From contig NC_092673.1 in NCBI RefSeq assembly GCF_964355755.1, positions 8,928,001-8,992,000 of the forward strand: DNA of 64,000 nt, in the 5' to 3' direction. The stretch is from Antedon mediterranea. Taxonomy: Eukaryota > Animalia > Echinodermata. How positions within the stretch are numbered: position 1 is the stretch's first letter; each line of letters begins with the position of its first letter. A program made the translations under genes and the position numbers. The notes under the pieces are model-generated. The model was not told the DNA's origin, made no database searches, and worked only from the letters and a program-made list of their open reading frames with translations. Shown one piece after another: positions 37,901-47,848 of this stretch.

Positions 37901-40900
37901 CACACACAAGAGCAAAGTGTATGCGTGGGTCAAGTTCTTCCATTACAAATTTTAACCGGGGATCATGTGATAAGAAAAGTGGAGTTGTACTGGATGGATG
38001 TGGTTTATTGCTTCTCAGAATACCATGCTCAATGTCATCTAGTGAGTAGATGTTCCCACCAATGTTGTACGATGTCTTTGACCAGAAATTTGTCACATCC
38101 AAGACAGATGCCAGTGGTGTTTCAGAAACAGCAAGACCGTGTAAAGTCAGAGCATTATATGTATTGATGAAAAACGCTTTTCGTTGATTCTCATTGAGTG
38201 TGTTTATGTCTGCATTGCTAAGTTCTCTACTTTTACTTAAGTAAATCTTAAAAAGTTCACTTGTTTTTAATTTTGCATAGTCCACACCTTGTCCGAAATC
38301 ATCCATAAATTCACCCTTCATTCGTAACATTAATCTTTGCAGGTCGAGCGAAATCTCAAGAGCAGGTCGTGGTTGATTCAAAACTTGTGTCATTGTGTCA
38401 GTGTGTGTCTACAAAGTTTGTTACCAAAATCTGAAAAATTTAAATTTGAAAACTAATTCCAACCAACTATTGTATATTACCTGTCAATATCATAGTTATT
38501 TTAGTAAAAGGAACCAAATTATTTGGGGTCATCATCATGTCAATTGTTCTAATTGTCAATTACTGTAGTATAAGTGTATTCGTGCACAATTTCTGTTGCT
38601 CACTTGAAACCTGTTAAAACAAATTATACAGCAGTTACATTATGTATCCAACCCATTTGACAAACAAAATGTAAATTATCAGATTGTTTTATAGAATAGG
38701 TAAACAGAATAAGAGAGTGAGACCATTGCACAAACAAAGATAATCTCAAAATCTTCAATAGCACTGATCCTATGTCTGATTTTGAAATTACATTTCATAT
38801 TTTGAATACAGGCTTAGGCCAGGCTAAGTGCCTATATCCTTAATTTTCTGAAGCAGCCTGGCATCCTAGGCATAACAATATAACTTATAGCAATAAACTC
38901 TTTATTTAGAATCCAATACAAATCAATAATTCCCAGTTTTTAAATATAATTTAAAAATGTATTTTCCCCCGGAAAAAAATATTTTTTTACAATTTTTCTT
39001 GTTGAATATGCCATTTTAATGTCACATAATTATAATTAATTATCCACTTTGAACAAAAATTGAATCAATTGAATCAAAAACAAATTTATTTATCTGAAAA
39101 AACTGTCATTTAAAGCAAAAAATAATCAAATTGGCTGCCAGTCAATGGGTTTTTGGTTGAATTTGATCATTTAGTCACTTTTTATGACAACAGTATTTGT
39201 TTCCATTTGTTTTTACTCAAGGGATCAACTTTATTAAAATTACAAAATAACTTATTCAAAGTCTGATTTACTTAATATTCATTTTTCATGTTTTTGAGGG
39301 ACAATAGTAATAGATAGATAGATAGATAATAGTCTACAAAGTTTGCTACCAAAATCTGAAAAATTTAAATTTGAAAACTAATTCCAACCAATTATTGTAT
39401 TTACCTGTCAATATCATAGTTATTTTAGTAAAAGGAACCAAATTATTTAGGTCATCATCATGTCACTTTTATGTTCTAATGTCATGTTCAAATCACTGTA
39501 GTATTACTGTATTCGTGCACAATTTCTGTTGCTCACTTAAACAAAAATTGAAATAAAACAAATTTATTTACCTGAAAAAACTGTAATTTAAAGCACAAAA
39601 ATTGAATCGAAACCAAATTTATTTACCTGAAAAAACTAATTTAAAGCAAAAAAATATGACATTATTTGTTTCTATTTTTTTACGGAAGGGATTAACTTTG
39701 TTAAAACCACAAAATAATTTATTCAAAGTCTGATTTAATTAATGTTCATTTTTTTGGTTGACAATACATCTTTAACTGAAATGCACTTTTTACTGTACAT
39801 TCTCAGAAAATCATCGCAAGATCATTCTACTCCATGATTTTGGTAAACTTTTGCAGTGTTACAATGTCATACGTCCACTTGTACTCATGTCAGAGAGCAA
39901 ACGGCAAAATGCCACTAAACGAAGTTCTCAAATTTGGCAGTTGACATACCAGCCGACTTGCGCATGTCATACAAGTGAAGTTATTGGGTAGCACTGCAGT
40001 CGTGAAAATCTAAAAGTCCCTAATATCTTATATTCCTGAATATTAGGTGCATTTAGTAATATTCATGCTTGATTGAATATGGTTCATAATAAACAGAGTA
40101 ACAGCTGTACTATTGCGTCAATAAAATCAATACTGACTTCATAACAACAGAAATCAACATGTGGTTAATCAACAGTATGCTACTAAAGTATGCTATTTAA
40201 ATTAACAATTGGAGGCCAAAAAGGGTTGATATGGCCTTGTAGATTTAAACAACTATTTTATGTGTAAAAAAACTTGATACAGTATATTGTAAAACTTGTC
40301 AATATTATTGCAAGTACAGTATTATACATATAGAAACCAACTTTTAAATGTGTTTAAATGTTTAGTTTATTTGTATCATTATAATCCCCCATCCACCTCC
40401 AACAAAACTGAAATCTGCAAAGGCATAGACATGTGCACCTCCCTAAGAAGTGCACTTCCCCATGTACAGACCAGCCTATACCCTTGTACTGTGCATTTTT
40501 TACCAAGGAAGTATATGTAAGCGATCGCATGTTTGTTTGTCTTTTTGTTTGTTTGTTTGTTAGCAGGATTACTCAAAAAGTAATTACAATATCTTTACCA
40601 AAATGAATATACAGATAGATGTGGTCAAGGACCATTCCATTAAACCATGGTCCCAATTCTGGACCACTTTTTAATACACTTTTTGGACCTGCTAGTGTTA
40701 AAAGATAGGACAGAATTTTTCAAAAGCCAGCGAGCAGTCAATTCAATGCGGTGTTCCACAAGGCTCGGTTCTTGGACCCACTCTTTTTCTAATCTATATT
40801 AATGATTTACCAAATTCTTCCAGTTTTTTTGGAATATCGTTTATTTGCTGACGACACTACCTTATATCACAATTTTGCAGACAGTAATATTGATTTGTCT

Positions 40901-43900
40901 ATGGTAAATCATCATTTTAAAAAAATATCAAACTGGTGTGACGCTAATAAATTAAAGCCCCCTTCCCTACGTTTTTTAGATCTAATTCAAGATCACAAAC
41001 TATATTTAATGTAAAAATAATACTATATGGTCCTATTGCGATAACTTTTTCGTCTTTAAACGGTTAAAAATGTGAAAAATAAGTCGATTCTAATAATTAT
41101 AGCGGCCCGCTATAAATCCCAAAATGCATTGCGCGCGGATTGATATTTTTGTTTTTCACCTGTAATTCGCTCACTTTTCGATCGATCGTGAGGCCAAAAC
41201 AAATGGAAGACTCCTAACCTTTCAGCGAAAATACCGGGTTTTCCCCAATTTGTATCAACGGAGTCTGGCAAAAATAGAAAGACAATTAATGCAGCAACTA
41301 TACAACGTCAGGCTAGGTATATAGCTAGCGTACGATGTTCGTACGTTACCGATGTTTACCAGCTAGGCCTACAAAAATAAGCCTAGCTAGGCTAGGCCTA
41401 AGACCGTCCAACAAGAGGTCGATCGCCGCGAGCTACTAGGTAGTGCATTGTTTCTCACTTGTTATCATAATTTACCATAAAACGTACATTTAAGACAAGG
41501 AATGACATGGTTTAATGTTTTTAAAGTGATATATATGTATTATTTTCCAAAAAATGTCCAAAATTGCAGGGAAGGGGTCTTTAACTGTTAATTTAGTTAA
41601 AACTAATTATATTATTTTTTGTAACCGATATAAAACTATTAATAAATCAAACAATATTTATTACAAACATGTTATGATTAAAGAAGTCAATGAAATTCAG
41701 TTTTTAGGTGTTAAATTAGATAAACACATCACATGGAAGAGCCATATAAACTTTATTAAAAATAGGATAAAAAAGAAATGTGGAATTCTGTTTAGTTTAC
41801 GCCATATTGTACCCCGTAATATTTTACTTATGCTTTATAAATCATTTATTCAATCAAATATTACTTATGGTTTAGAAGTCTGGGGTAGCACGTATAAGTC
41901 GCATCTATAAGTCGCATCTATATCCTATTTTACTTTTCCAAAAAATGTGTCTTAGATCAGATGTATAACTTTCTCTGATTTTATGGCTCCATCTTCTCCG
42001 TTATTTAAAGATCTGGGTATTTTAGACGTTTTTAAGTTGTTCGAATTAAGTATAGTTAAGTTTGTTCATGACCAAATTAACGGCTAAACACCACATCAAA
42101 CAATGGAATACTTTTTTTTAATTACACATAATGCTAGTACCAGATTTAGTAATAGATATAATTTTGCAATTCCGAAAGCTCGCACAGATGCTGGTAAATT
42201 TAGAATTTCTTTTAATGGAGCTCAACTTTGGAATAATTTACCCTTAGTTATAAAATGTACCTCTTCTAGATTTAAATTCATAAATGAAGTTAAATGTTTA
42301 CTTTTACAAAAATATTAATGTTAGCCCTTGTTTACGTTATTTCTTTCTTATAGTTGCTGTTTCTTTCTTATTGAATTATTGTTGATAGATGGAAATGTAT
42401 GCATTATGACTAATTTATTTTTTTGTGACAGGAGTCAAACTTTGATTAGCGAAAGCTATTTTTTGGCTCCTTTTCACACACACACACACATACATATTTT
42501 ATTGTATTGTACTATTTATGTATGATGATGTGAATAAAGTTGGTATCTATCTAACTAGGAAGCCAGCCTTCATTCAGGGAGTTTAGGTTCTACACTTCTA
42601 AGCCACTGCACATAATTAATAAACATATTTTCACTGGCCTGTCAACATGAATGTCCATGTACCTGTGCATGTGAATATAGAGTGCACATTCACTCAAGTC
42701 CCAATATAATGTGTAGCTGATGAACAAACCTTCTTTTGTTGGGCAGGGAAAAAGTAATTTATTCAAGACATTCATTTTTATTTATGTGCTATTATTTTTT
42801 AATGATAATTTTTACTGAAATAACAATGTATTAACTTGAAATATTCTTGGTTCTTTTTTTTATTATTTTACTTTCAATACTGTAGTTTCCATTAAACAAT
42901 TTATTTATTTCAAGCAGTGGACATCCTTTCTCATGGTTGTTTTTGGCAATATTACACAATTGAACTTCAATTGTGTAATGTTTGAGGTTATTGTAATTTC
43001 AACCTTAAACCTCAGTCCAATGGTTTACTTGCACCATGCTTCCTCCATGCTTGCACAATGATTTTTATTCCATGTTCCATGTATTGTAATAGTATAGGCC
43101 TACTTATTTTTTTTTTTAAACAACAATAATTCATACTTTCATAGATTTAATTGTCTATTTTGTAATTTTTCTGTTGTTTTAACACCAGTTTTTAGTTCAC
43201 AAAGTGACAGTCATGGTCACAAGTTGATCACATGAGGTCTTATGCTTTGTTATACAGTATATCACTGTTTATTGTATGAATGTATGAATTCTATTAACAT
43301 AATATAGTTGTTAGCACATGTGCTGCATGCAAGAGCTACAGTACTATTAAACATATTAGTGCCCACAAGTACAGTGACCAAGATAGTGATTCCTAAAGAA
43401 TAAACATCAATAATTTAAGTGCTATTGTATTTGAATATTAATCTATATTTTGTATTGACATTTTGTAGACATTTTTTTTTTTATTTTACATACAATACAA
43501 TACTTTATATAGGACTTGGAATTTAGGAATGTTTGGTATTTAAAGGGGTTTAACAATCCGTATTTTATTGATATTGACAATGTTGATATAATATTTAAAT
43601 AAATTACTAAAAAAACGTAATTTTATATTAAATTTATTAATTCGAAAACTTTGTCTTTGCCCAACAGAGGGCGTAACTTGTTTACATCGTTCGTGTGACT
43701 AAAAAATGATCATTTTCGACAATGTTTTCAAACTGTTTGCTTTATTGCATCTTTATCCGTAGTATTACTACCCATAGTCTCTCTGAAAATAAATTATGGG
43801 GGAAAAAAGCTTATTTTATGCTTATAAAATGCATATCAAAGCCAATAAATGTGTGCCGAATCGTCTCAAAGCTGAATCGTCCCGGGCCGAATCGTGTCAG

Positions 43901-44300
43901 GGCCGAATCGTCCCGGGTCGAATCGTGTCAGGGTCGAATCGTGTCAGGGCCGAATCGTCCCAGGGCCGAATCGTCCCAGGGCCGAATCGTCCCAGGGCCG
44001 AATCGTCTCAGGGCCGAATCGTCCCGGGCCGAATCGTCACAGGGCCGAATCGTCTCAGGGCCGAATCGTCCTGGAACCACCATGTCTATTGATTATTGTT
44101 ATCTTTACCTTCAATATGGCCAAGTATTTCTCTCAGTTTCTGTGCTTGATTGATTATAAAATGTTTTTATTTATTTCATTCAGGCTCAAATGTACCACGA
44201 ACTTGGCTACACATCAGAACGTAATAAATGTGCACAACAATTCCGACAACTTGATCAACAGTTTCCAACTGCAATTATTCCACCTGTTACAGTCAAATAG
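4966..44300 (+). CDS. ANAPC5: Anaphase-promoting complex subunit 5 (APC5), 17 visible coding exons, 5'-incomplete
   Basis: GT-AG exons in continuous frame: 4966-5045, 5226-5341, 6049-6256, 6472-6637, 7147-7331, 8134-8215, 9759-9851, 10262-10329, 10416-10529, 17383-17593, 23546-23667, 24049-24165, 25425-25572, 25855-25924, 27481-27573, 28482-28576, 44184-44300 (TAG). Total 2085 nt = 694 aa plus stop. APC5-like peptides: [105 protein letters not shown] at 44345. Confidence 0.93.
5541..5925 (+). mobile_element. Diverged fragment of the Helentron-like family at 17667-20100
   Basis: Aligns by eye with 17800-18200 (gcgcgattt..tgaattt.aatgattgatcataga..aaaa..caaagtcatttt). Confidence 0.65.
8329..8424 (+). 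mobile_element. LINE RT thumb fragment
   Basis: Translates as [27 protein letters not shown], resembling the YKYLGVxIDxKLxW motif. Confidence 0.6.
10628..12682. mobile_element. Non-autonomous Tc2/pogo-type (Tc1-mariner superfamily) DNA transposon carrying a Helitron insertion
   Basis: Perfect TIRs CCGTATATTTCGGTGTATAAGTCGCAC / GTGCGACTTATACACCGAAATATACGG, TA on both flanks, subterminal GTGCGTCTTATACA repeats. Confidence 0.88.
10959..12168 (-). mobile_element. Non-autonomous Helitron, copy 1
   Basis: On the minus strand: 5' A|TCTATATATAAATTTACG, 3' hairpin GATGGTACGCGAGCGAAGCGAGCGTACCATCTAG|T. A|T target, no TSD. Confidence 0.85.
12849..14294 (-). mobile_element. Non-autonomous Helitron, copy 2
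   Basis: Same TC and CTAG termini and hairpin as copy 1; different internal segment at about 13350-13830. Confidence 0.85.
14343..15612 (+). mobile_element. Non-autonomous Helitron, copy 3 (head-to-head with copy 2)
   Basis: A|TCTATATATAAATTTACG at 14343; GGTACGCGAGCGAAGCGAGCGTGCCATCTAG|T ending at 15612. Confidence 0.87.
17667..20100 (+). mobile_element. Two nested copies of a Helentron/Helitron2-associated non-autonomous element (DINE-1/HINE architecture)
   Basis: 5' subTIR GGTTATCCGCA with adjacent IR GCGGATAACC (17669 and 17723), T/C-rich tract, 3' subTIR TGCGGATAACC, stem-loop AACTCGTC-cgtagt-GACGAGTT and CTAGTT (CTAG ends at 18939 and 20098). Confidence 0.82.
20165..20350 (-). mobile_element. 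LINE 3' remnant
   Basis: [13 protein letters not shown] resembles the LINE ORF2 C-terminal GPKLWN motif. Confidence 0.5.
22592..22740. repeat. Two-copy tandem repeat, period about 75 bp
   Basis: gggtacagca...aaagaagctgtaatgacgtcataagaccggatgtaacgtcacat...acacagcaataacgt occurs twice. Confidence 0.8.
23253..23369 (+). mobile_element. DIRS-type (tyrosine-recombinase retrotransposon) RT fragment, pseudogenised
   Basis: Translates as [38 protein letters not shown]; LPFGLSTAPxVF and YLDDWL are typical of DIRS RT. Confidence 0.7.
26054..26630. mobile_element. One-ended copy of a Kolobok-like element, inverted relative to 30451-31045
   Basis: Starts AGGGGATTCCAGGTTTAAAAT; about 580 bp of reverse-complement similarity to 30451-31045. 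Confidence 0.65.
27773..28359. mobile_element. Foldback element with TATGG...CCATA termini, 6-bp TSD and minisatellite arms
   Basis: TTTATA|TATGGAACGCCGTTTACGCAAC...GTTGCGTAAACGGCGTTCCATA|TTTATA. Arms contain 14-bp TGAATGAAATGTTT repeats. Confidence 0.85.
29438..31045. mobile_element. Kolobok-like non-autonomous DNA transposon
   Basis: 21-bp TIR AGGGGATTCTGGGTTTAAAAT / ATTTTAAACCCGGAACCCCCT (2 mismatches). Right flank TTTAA; left TSD degraded. Confidence 0.6.
31390..31550 (+). mobile_element. 5'-truncated tRNA-derived SINE
   Basis: Starts at the B box GGTTCGAGGC and shares the core of the copies at 32767 and 34082. Confidence 0.75.
31900..33660 (+). mobile_element. L2-clade LINE ORF2 remnant, RT core missing and interrupted by a SINE
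   Basis: GHTLD and SDH endonuclease motifs, [56 protein letters not shown]; GAATT-repeat tail. Confidence 0.85.
32767..33075 (+). mobile_element. tRNA-derived SINE with Deu/Nin-like central domain
   Basis: A box TGGCCGAGCGG, B box GGTTCGAGGC, core TAAACCGTAGGTCC...TTAAAGAACC...GGTTACCCCGGTGT, simple-repeat tail. Confidence 0.8.
33883..34841 (-). mobile_element. Second Helentron-like (HINE) family, interrupted by a SINE
   Basis: On the minus strand: 5' TTTACCTCCTCCAAG and (TTTG)n; 3' GGCGGAGGT, hairpin CACTC-tcc-GAGTG and CTAGTT. The 5' half recurs on + at about 40495-40740. Confidence 0.7.
34082..34388 (+). mobile_element. tRNA-derived SINE, full length
   Basis: A and B boxes, same body as the copy at 32767, (AAAC)n tail. 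Confidence 0.85.
36842..37140 (+). mobile_element. Rex1/Babar-like LINE C-terminal remnant
   Basis: [32 protein letters not shown]...[14 protein letters not shown]...HPL. Confidence 0.7.
37257..37514. mobile_element. MITE with about 50-bp TIRs, TATGG...CCATA termini and 6-bp TSD
   Basis: CATGTT|TATGGGCGGCCATTAGGGCCAAAATAGACAAACG...CGTTTGTCTATTTTGGCCCTAATGGCCGCCCATA|CATGTT. Confidence 0.9.
37593..38393 (-). CDS. Stand-alone DUF547-domain protein (266 aa), intronless CDS, nested antisense in the last ANAPC5 intron
   Basis: Intact ORF with DUF547 motifs [59 protein letters not shown]. In-frame stops lie just upstream of the ATG. A minus-strand acceptor (tttttcag) at about 38431 implies an intron in the 5' UTR. 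Confidence 0.9.
   Translation of the reverse strand: MTQVLNQPRPALEISLDLQRLMLRMKGEFMDDFGQGVDYAKLKTSELFKIYLSKSRELSNADINTLNENQRKAFFINTYNALTLHGLAVSETPLASVLDVTNFWSKTSYNIGGNIYSLDDIEHGILRSNKPHPSSTTPLFLSHDPRLKFVMEELDPRIHFALVCGAKSCPAINVYSERNLDNALKAASINFLAQEVNVDINEKRVILSKILDWYGTDFGATPREVVEWIVPYISDETDLKSLLDETKQENNLEVIYSDYNWKLNKV
38407..39766. repeat. Local tandem duplication (period about 925 bp) of the DUF547 5' acceptor region; second copy internally deleted
   Basis: 38407-38605 matches 39332-39538, and 39051-39305 matches 39539-39766; (GATA)n at the junction. Confidence 0.8.
40742..42545 (+). mobile_element. 5'-truncated LINE (RT and C-terminus) interrupted by a Kolobok-type element
   Basis: [35 protein letters not shown]|[30 protein letters not shown]; 13-bp duplication frameshift at about 41893; AATAAA at about 42533. 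Confidence 0.9.
40956..41580. mobile_element. Kolobok-type MITE with TTAA TSD
   Basis: TTAA|AGCCCCCTTCCCTAC...GCAGGGAAGGGGTCT|TTAA. Removing the element and one TTAA restores the LINE reading frame. Confidence 0.85.
43035..43049. mobile_element. 15-bp CATG...CATG insertion with 7-bp TSD (possible footprint)
   Basis: CTTGCAC|CATGCTTCCTCCATG|CTTGCAC. Confidence 0.45.
43855..44078 (+). repeat. GC-rich minisatellite (GGGCCGAATCGTCCCA-like, 15-16 bp units), probably the subterminal array of a one-ended transposon
   Basis: About 13 tandem units ending in CCGAATCGTCCTGGAACC; gives repetitive spurious ORFs in all three frames. Confidence 0.85.
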
Positions 44301-44697
44301 TGGACAACATACTCTTATCAATTTCCTCTGATGATCATTGTAGTAATAAATTTATATTGCCTAAGTACTATAAGGACCTGTAAATGCAGTATAATTCCAA
44401 TTAACCATTTATTTGATTAAAGTATAATTTATATATACACAGCATTTCTGCTATTTTATGAAGGTACTTGTTTATTCCTTGAGGGAGGTAAATACAGTGA
44501 AAAATGCATCAAAATGCAGATGAATCATGGCAATCAATGATTACTACTACAAAATTGTGTGTAGGCATGTGGCAGGCATTTATTTAAAGAAAAAAAATAA
44601 ATGCCGTTTATTTCAAACAATGTTATTGTGTTTTTTGGGTTTGGGTGGTTGTTTTTTATTCAAAGCGGGGCGTTTTCAAATAGATACAGTATTGTCC

Positions 44698-45017
44698 TTG
44701 GGAAAATTTCCCCTAGTAATTAATAGGGGTGTCCCTAAGGAGGGGTTGTCTTGTATTTATAATTCTGCAAAATTAACCTGGCTGCCCCGAATTTAAATGA
44801 AAACAAATTCATTCAATGGTATTTTCAAGTATTATATTCAAGAGAGCAGAATCATTAGTAAACAGATACCATGCGGGAGCTTATTGTTTACAAACTGCTC
44901 AAAATATGGGTACCTGTATTTGGAAACTCGGACTGGGCATGCTCAAGTCCCAAAGCATGTCTGGAGAATACAGTATAGTCTAGTCTGTAAGATTACTAGG
45001 GGAAGAAACTTTCCCAA
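44698..45017. mobile_element. Small MITE-like element with imperfect TIRs
   Basis: TTGGGAAAATTTCCCCTAGTAAT ... ATTACTAGGGGAAGAAACTTTCCCAA. Confidence 0.5.
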
Positions 45018-45316
45018 ATAAATAATGTTTTCGTTTGGCTGTCAACGCAGGCATTTATCCTTCTTGGATGATAAATAGTTTTGGCGAATGGTATGTGTAT
45101 ATCCTGGTGAATATGTATAGATGAAGAATTGTTTGATTAGTGAGTACGTTTGTTGGCGGTGCATATGACCAGTTGGGCCGCTGACAAGTTGAGCCACCGG
45201 TGATTTCTATGAAACACTCAGTGCGTCTTTTACAACATTTCGCATAGTCTAGCTATTACAGTACGTACTATGTGACAGTAAATGTACTGTAGTACATAAG
45301 TTCCTCATGGTCTTTA

Positions 45317-46158
45317 GGCCGCTGGAAATACATTACATGGGTCTTGTCAGCACTTATCAAAAAATTGGTGAGGGATTTTTGTCAGCGTTCATCACAGTAT
45401 TTTAATTAAGTGAAATAACCGTAATGTTCTATTTTAATAGGTATCGCTCCTACATAGTCAGAAAGACTATTATTGTTTTTCTATTGCTTCTAAAGTATTT
45501 CTGTCTGAACAAGGAAGCCGATTTCACTCACCCACATACACACCGACTATTACAGAACATGAGTACAGAGAACATAAAAGTAAAACGATTTGACGTGTTG
45601 AAAATAACTTTTATTCTGTTCAAATTCAAGAGAAATTTACTGTATCAATAACAACAAATGGAACGTTTAATACAGAGATACAAAATAATGATGGTCAAGA
45701 GAGTACTTCTGTAGAGGACGAATGACCTGTCACTACAGCCCCACCTTTTGACAACGATATAGTTATTATACACAAAATTACAAGAGCAGTAGACCAAAAA
45801 AACCGCGGTAGACCTCGTTCTGATGCAAGGTATGGATATCGCGTGTGGATATGACAAACACGCTCACAGCTTGGACTAGAATACTTGGTTTCAGAATGAG
45901 GCTCAAAATATGGATTGGCGACGATTAATATACACACTTTATGTTTCTAAATCGTGCGATCACATACACAATGGTTTGAGCGTTCACGATTGACGGGTGG
46001 TGAGTCGGATTTTCATGAAAATATAACAAAATTTGTACTTTTCCCATATTTACCCCTGTTTTTTTCAATAACAAAGATGAAAGATGAACTTTTTGGGTGC
46101 GGGGCCTAAAATCGCGATCGGGCGCTGACGAGAACCATGTAATGTATTTCCAGCGGCC
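45317..46158. mobile_element. PIF/Harbinger- or Zator-type non-autonomous element (TTA TSD)
   Basis: TTA|GGCCGCTGGAAATACATTACATGG...CCATGTAATGTATTTCCAGCGGCC|TTA. Confidence 0.85.
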
Positions 46159-47684
46159 TTAGGTTTATTGTGTTTTAAAAATAAATATATAATTACATAC
46201 TATACAATTTTGTTGGTTTAACCGCCATAACAACACAACAAAGGAAAGTAGTAATATTTAATAATTTAATTATTTTTAATCTTTCAAGTTAAAAATTCAG
46301 TGCACTCCATACTATTTTTCTCGCGTGTACTACATGAAGTCACATTGTTTCTCAGGACTAATAATGTATTAACATTCTTCGAATGAGGTTAAATAAATAT
46401 TTTTTATTTTACTAATCATTTAATATCATATGTTATTGAATTTTACAATTTTAATAGACAAAATATTTCACTAAAAAATATGATTTTATGTAATTATTTT
46501 ACCAAAAACTGCCGACTGAGGTTTACGTCATTTTCGACGATCCGATATTTTAGACCTTATATTTCGGAAACTATAAGTCAGATTTTCATAATTATTGTAA
46601 TATTTTATAATTTATATAATAACTTTTGAATATACATTGTTATCCCTAATATAAATAGGATAGGCCTAAAACGTCTATTAATAAGAAACGAGCACCGGCG
46701 AAAGTTAGCATTTGGCGTTTCATAGAAAATAATGTTTTTCTGACGGTGGCTCAACTTAGCCTAATCCATTGGTGGCTGTACGACAAAGATTCTGGGAAAT
46801 TAGAATAAAAAAAAAATGTTGGGGTACGGTATGTGCATCACTACGACCTTAGGGAGTAACACCCCTACTCCGGAATATGCACAGTACTATACATTTTTGT
46901 TCTATACATCAGTACAGTAGTAGAAAATAAAAAGCTGATTGTTTGACTTAATTAATTAATTAATAAGCTAAATCAGAAGGAAAACTGAATCCAATCATAA
47001 TCCCCATCCTCAAAACAATTATGTATTTAATACTCGATAGGCTCTGCTTTATTATAATTAAATAGTGCATTTCTACTATAATCATTATTTCTTAAATTAA
47101 TAAATAGAATATTAATTTTTTAAAAAACATTATGACGAAAGAAAAATAGGATAACTAATTAAAACTGTTACGTCACAAAGTCAAGCAGCATTTTTCTGTA
47201 AGAAATATTTTATGTTTATTATTATACTGTAGTGTTGTTAGTTTCATATTCACCTAAACTAACTTTTGGATCCTGTTAATTATTATGTGATGGATTTACT
47301 GGTTGGTATATGATTGAAAAGAAACTAAATTACAGATTTTCGCGCATTGTGTCTTGTGATCCCGGGAAAATCCCTTTTGTTCAGATTTCGCGCGAACAAT
47401 TACACTAACTACGACAGTTTTTACGATAATCATATGAATTATGAAGTAGTATAGTAGTAGTGGAATTCGTTGAGAAATGTGTTTGTGATGAATGTGTGTA
47501 TAAAAAAAATATGACTACAAACCGTACTCGCCAATCAACATGCTATGAAGAATCTAATTTTTTTACTGCCTGTGCGCGTGTTAAATTTAAGTACACGATG
47601 GACGTTGTAAATGTAAACACACACCACACTCTGTATGTTGATTTCGAAAAAATGTAATCCCAATTGATCACAAGGTATTACCAG

Positions 47685-47848
47685 TCAGCCAATCATATTG
47701 TAATTGCTTCGTGTTGATCAATAATCAACCAATCAGATCAAACCATTGAACGTGGCTCTCTGTGTGCATATAAATGCGTTTTTGTATACTGTGTTATCCA
47801 TTTTGGAATCGAAGCTAGAGGAAGTGATAGTGTGGGTTAAGTGAGTAG
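47685..47848 (+). promoter_or_regulatory. Glutamine synthetase promoter and non-coding first exon
   Basis: CCAAT boxes at about 47689 and 47729, TATAAA at 47769, Inr-like CCATTTT about 30 nt downstream (47800). Consensus donors GTGAGT (47841) and GTAAGT (47849); acceptors at 48937 and 48945 precede the ATG. Confidence 0.7.

Noticed and set aside
37593-38393. Recent bacterial horizontal transfer or contamination as the source of DUF547
   Set aside because: No bacterial signal or lipoprotein peptide, base composition like the host exons, eukaryote-like N-terminus and a spliceosomal acceptor upstream; only a phylogeny could revive this idea.
43722-44153. Overlapping 98-145 aa ORFs with GPNR/AESS/GRIV repeats
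   Set aside because: Artefacts of a stop-free minisatellite; the real coding sequence nearby is the ANAPC5 exon 44184-44300.
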